Source: Mesotaenium endlicherianum (Eukaryota). Taken from it: 64,000 bases of DNA. Made by a program: the position numbers and the translations under genes. Location of the stretch: assembly GCA_009602735.1 (NCBI GenBank), contig WELA01000881.1:62001-126000 (forward strand), read 5' to 3'. This document shows positions 60,639-64,000 of this stretch, piece after piece; positions within the stretch are counted from its first letter, which is position 1, and every line of letters starts with the position of its first letter. The notes under the pieces were generated by a model. That model ran no database searches, was not told the origin of the DNA, and worked only from the letters and a program-made list of their open reading frames with translations.

Positions 60639-62092
60639 GGCTGGTCTTTTCTCTCGACCTTAGGCAGGTGCTTGACCGGACACTGTTCTCTGTAGTGGCC
60701 TTTCTGCTGACAATGGTAGCAAGTAGATTTTGCTGAGGCTGGTCTCGGCTTAGTCCTACCACCACCCCTTCCATAGCCACCTCGAGAGGGACCACCTCTA
60801 CCTCTAGACTGAATAGCATTGTACTCATACTCATATTCATCACCCTGATTATCCTCAGCCTGGTCTCCTTCAACTGCATTGTAGGAACCGTGGGGCTTTT
60901 TGACAATCTTAGACACCAAAGCGTTACTCTGGCGCTTGTGATTGAACTGCTGCTGATCCCAGGCGTCAGCATCCTGGATCAAGTCAGCCAGTTTCTCATA
61001 CTTTTTCTCAGCAAAATGACCAGAGACCTCGGATTTCAAGCCATACCTGAAGTATGCTATCCTATACCGTTCTGGCAAATCAGGCTGCTTCATCATGTTC
61101 TCTTGGAACTTTTGAGCAAACTCAGCAACTGAAGTGGTCTGCTTCAGTGTCAGGGAGATCATCGCATAGATAGCTTTCTCCTGCTGGTTGATGACATCAA
61201 ACTTCTCATGCAACTTCTCGACAAACTCTACCCACGTAGGGTCACCGAGTTGCCGAGCCTTACGCTCTTCCTTCCAGTAAAGCCACCAGTCTGCGGCACT
61301 GCCTTTCAGTAGCGCACCGGTGTGCCTGACCTTCTCGTAATCTTGCAGTTCTGGGTAGTTCTCCAGCCACTGCTCAACATCCGCGAGAAACTTGATCAGG
61401 TAATATTTTCTGTTTCCCTCAGGATCATAGTCCTGGGGAGGTTTCGGCTTGGGCTTACTAGGCCCTCGGCCACCACCACTAGTGGTGTGAGACCCCAGTT
61501 GGTCTCTGTCCCGGAGTAGGGACATTATGATTCTTTTGTCCTCCTGCTGGGACTGATACATGGTCGCCATTTGCGACTGCATCTGAACGAACAATGCTCC
61601 CAAGTCTACATTTTGGGGTGGTAGATTAGCAAATGCAGCAGCAGCATTGGCATCTACTCGCTGAGTAGTGTCCTCAACAATCCCTCTTGCTCCTGCAGCA
61701 GCAATTCCTGCCGCATTCAGCCGGTCACGTATTTGACCTAGGGGTACATTGAGTTGTACGGCAGGAGGTGGGTTCAGAACATTGGCCCTTGATGCCATAA
61801 GTTCTTCAACAGTGCGCTCGTCAGCTGGCTGTCCTTCCCTCCTTTGTATATCTTCAGCGGCCTTTGCTACTTGTTCAGCTTCTAGTCTGGCTATCTCCTC
61901 CTCAGCTTGCTGAGCTGCGACTGAGGCAATAGCAGCTGCCTCATCTGCTGCCTCCCTAGCTGCAGTATCCGCTACTGCTTCCGAATAGGTACGGTTTCCC
62001 GCTACATGGCTTTCCGCCTGGTTTTCGACATTCTCGTTATCCTGGTTCTCCATGTCTCGGGAGTTGCTAGTTTGAGACCTTGTCCTTACCAT
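60614..62092 (-). CDS. gag: Gag, 492 aa, intact
   Basis: Starts just after the PBS. Capsid-like LKGSAADWW region, RGG tract and CCHC knuckle. Confidence 0.95.
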   Translation of the reverse strand: MVRTRSQTSNSRDMENQDNENVENQAESHVAGNRTYSEAVADTAAREAADEAAAIASVAAQQAEEEIARLEAEQVAKAAEDIQRREGQPADERTVEELMASRANVLNPPPAVQLNVPLGQIRDRLNAAGIAAAGARGIVEDTTQRVDANAAAAFANLPPQNVDLGALFVQMQSQMATMYQSQQEDKRIIMSLLRDRDQLGSHTTSGGGRGPSKPKPKPPQDYDPEGNRKYYLIKFLADVEQWLENYPELQDYEKVRHTGALLKGSAADWWLYWKEERKARQLGDPTWVEFVEKLHEKFDVINQQEKAIYAMISLTLKQTTSVAEFAQKFQENMMKQPDLPERYRIAYFRYGLKSEVSGHFAEKKYEKLADLIQDADAWDQQQFNHKRQSNALVSKIVKKPHGSYNAVEGDQAEDNQGDEYEYEYNAIQSRGRGGPSRGGYGRGGGRTKPRPASAKSTCYHCQQKGHYREQCPVKHLPKVERKDQPLKDSNSQ

Positions 62093-62126
62093 ACAAAGAA
62101 GACTGTGATAACTGCTCCGATACCAC

Positions 62127-62836
62127 TGAAATGAATCGACTTACCAAATAGGCGATTAACAATTAATAAAGATCTTTATATCAGCAAGTAATCTTTATGG
62201 TATTTCCGTTAACTAGTTAAACGGCAAAGGACAACACACTAGCAGGGAATAATACTCGTAAGTCAAATGCGAGTAAACTAGCATCAATGATGCAAATCAG
62301 TAAAATCATACATAAGCAAGGTTAGAAGACAGTGCGTATCAATGGCTTCTCGCCTTGGATTCAGATCCTCTCAGTAAGCTGTACAAGAGAGTTGGCCTCG
62401 TTTCCGAATACCCAACTCGAGAGCAATGTCTAGCGTATGTACATGGAATGAGTTTACTGTTCAACGGTCAGTGCGATGGCACCGCCTACCCGGGAGTTAA
62501 CCACGTTGGTAGGACCTCGGTTAACCAAATCCACCGCCATCTCCCATCATCCCGAATCGCCATCCATCATAGGGATGTCATCTGGCCATTCATCTAGCAT
62601 ACCACACTTAGATGCATATTGAGGCAGTTCGCTGCTACCGAGTACGGAAGTCAAAGAATGTGTCAGCAAGCTGACTTAAGGTGACCTCAGCCTGCTACTT
62701 CCGGCCAAGTCATTAAACTGATATTAAGTNATAAAGTCCAGCATACTGATTGTTTAACTAGAGTTCAGCAGGCTGAACTTATTTAACTATATTATTTAAA
62801 TGAATATTATATCGACCAGTATACTGATTCATTACA
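62127..62836 (-). repeat. 5' LTR of family A copy 2
   Basis: TG...CA termini, followed by PBS TGGTATCGGAGC. Confidence 0.95.
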
Positions 62837-64000
62837 CTAGGAACGAGCATTACGAGCACCTGAAATTGGTGTTACAAATCCTTCGCGAGCAACAGCTGTA
62901 TGCTAAGCTCATGAAATGGTCCTTCCTAAAGGATGAACTGTTGTACCTTGGCCATATTGTGGGTTCAGAAGGGGTGCGCCCTGACCCAGCCAAGATTGCG
63001 TGTGTTGAAGATTGGCCTGTCCTGACAGATGTCCATACAGTTCGTTTCTTGGAGTTGCTAACTACTTTCGTACGTTTATGCAAGGTCATTTAATGATTGC
63101 AACAACACTCACTGCTCTGAAGAGGAAAAATACGACGTTCATCTGAAATGAGAATACGCAGCATGCGTTTGAGCACATTAAGTATGCACTCCCTAATGCG
63201 CCATTCCTGTCATTGGCCGATCCCGACTTGCCTTACGAGGTGGACGTAGATGTGACCGGTGTTGGCATAGGGGTTGTTTTGTCGCAGACAGGCAAGCCCA
63301 TTTGTTTTGAGAGTTGAAAGCTGACATAATTACTCAACGACAGAGCAGGAGCTTTGAGCAGTCATCTACGATGTGAAAGTTTGGCGATGTTATGTAAAAG
63401 GCTGCAAGGGTTTAACAGTAGTTAAGGACCACTACCCAAATGCTTTCTTCCAAATTCAACCAACGCTATCAAGGCGGCAGATGCAAAAGTCTGAATCTTG
63501 CAACGATTCCACTTTAACTGGGCGCAACACTGTTGCAGACCCTCTAAGTTGAATCCCCTATCACCACTTGATGTTGGGGACTGTTGCGAGTTTGCAAGAA
63601 CAAAATGGTCAGGTTTCGAGGGCGGCCACCCTTGCTTCTGCTGTACCCACCCCGACATGTACAAATGCATTCCTGTCTGGTGACGGGGGAGAACCCAATT
63701 TAGATAGCACGCACACCTTTGAATCACTTGACCCGCATCAAGTGTTTCAAGAGGGCTATCTCAAAGATTTGTTTTTCGTAGATCGCCAGGGTACGAGCTT
63801 GAACGGTGTAGTTGTAACGATTAACTGTATAAACACAAGGAAAGAGCTCTCAGACTATTTGTTTGAGGATAATTTTGGTGGCATGATGGGCGCATTGTTG
63901 TCCCAGAAGGCTGGGGAAGACATGCTGCTACAAGAAGCGCATGACTTTGCTTACTCTAGTCATCAAGGAAACACCGAAACCACACACGCGTTGCGCATGA
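62837..64000 (+). pseudogene. pol: Old decayed Ty3/gypsy pol, continuation (RT C-terminus, RNase H, start of integrase); runs off the window
   Basis: EHYEHLKLVLQILREQQLYAK, YLGHIVGSEGVRPDPAK, GIGVVLSQ and LLQEAHD...HQG. Resumes exactly where 54030 stops. Confidence 0.88.

Larger units (their letters stand above)
54031..62836 (-). mobile_element. Ty3/gypsy chromovirus LTR retrotransposon, family A copy 2, with extra ORF3
   Basis: LTRs 62836-62127 (5') and 54749-54031 (3'). TSD CTAGG (54026-54030, 62837-62841). PBS at 62125-62114 and PPT at 54763-54750. Confidence 0.97.

Overview
Eukaryotic, green-plant-type DNA that is mostly nested transposons; a non-seed plant or streptophyte alga is my inference from the FIP2 gene and chromoviruses. 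One host gene is present: a 12-exon FIP2-like BTB/POZ + pentapeptide-repeat gene (42314-48048, +, 306 aa when spliced). Three related hAT DNA transposons occur at 766-4633, 12025-27105 and ~28355-34001, two of them with 8-bp TSDs. The two larger ones carry kb-long arrays of a 19-bp palindrome upstream of decayed transposase genes. There are three full-length Ty3/gypsy chromodomain LTR retrotransposons (14940-23202 +, 34088-40765 +, 54031-62836 -), several solo or decayed LTRs, four hAT-type MITEs, an older decayed gypsy element and (GA)n/(CT)n tracts with two assembly gaps. The most notable observation is that the two sister chromoviruses (near-identical gag-pol) each carry a third, sense-strand gene of roughly 520-560 codons (ORF3) between pol and the 3' LTR. 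ORF3 is not env-like and is much more diverged than gag-pol, yet it keeps strong peptide motifs. It has a conserved branch point and splice acceptor directly before the ATG and is bracketed by repeated hairpin + polypurine-tract modules, which suggests an exchangeable accessory-gene cassette.
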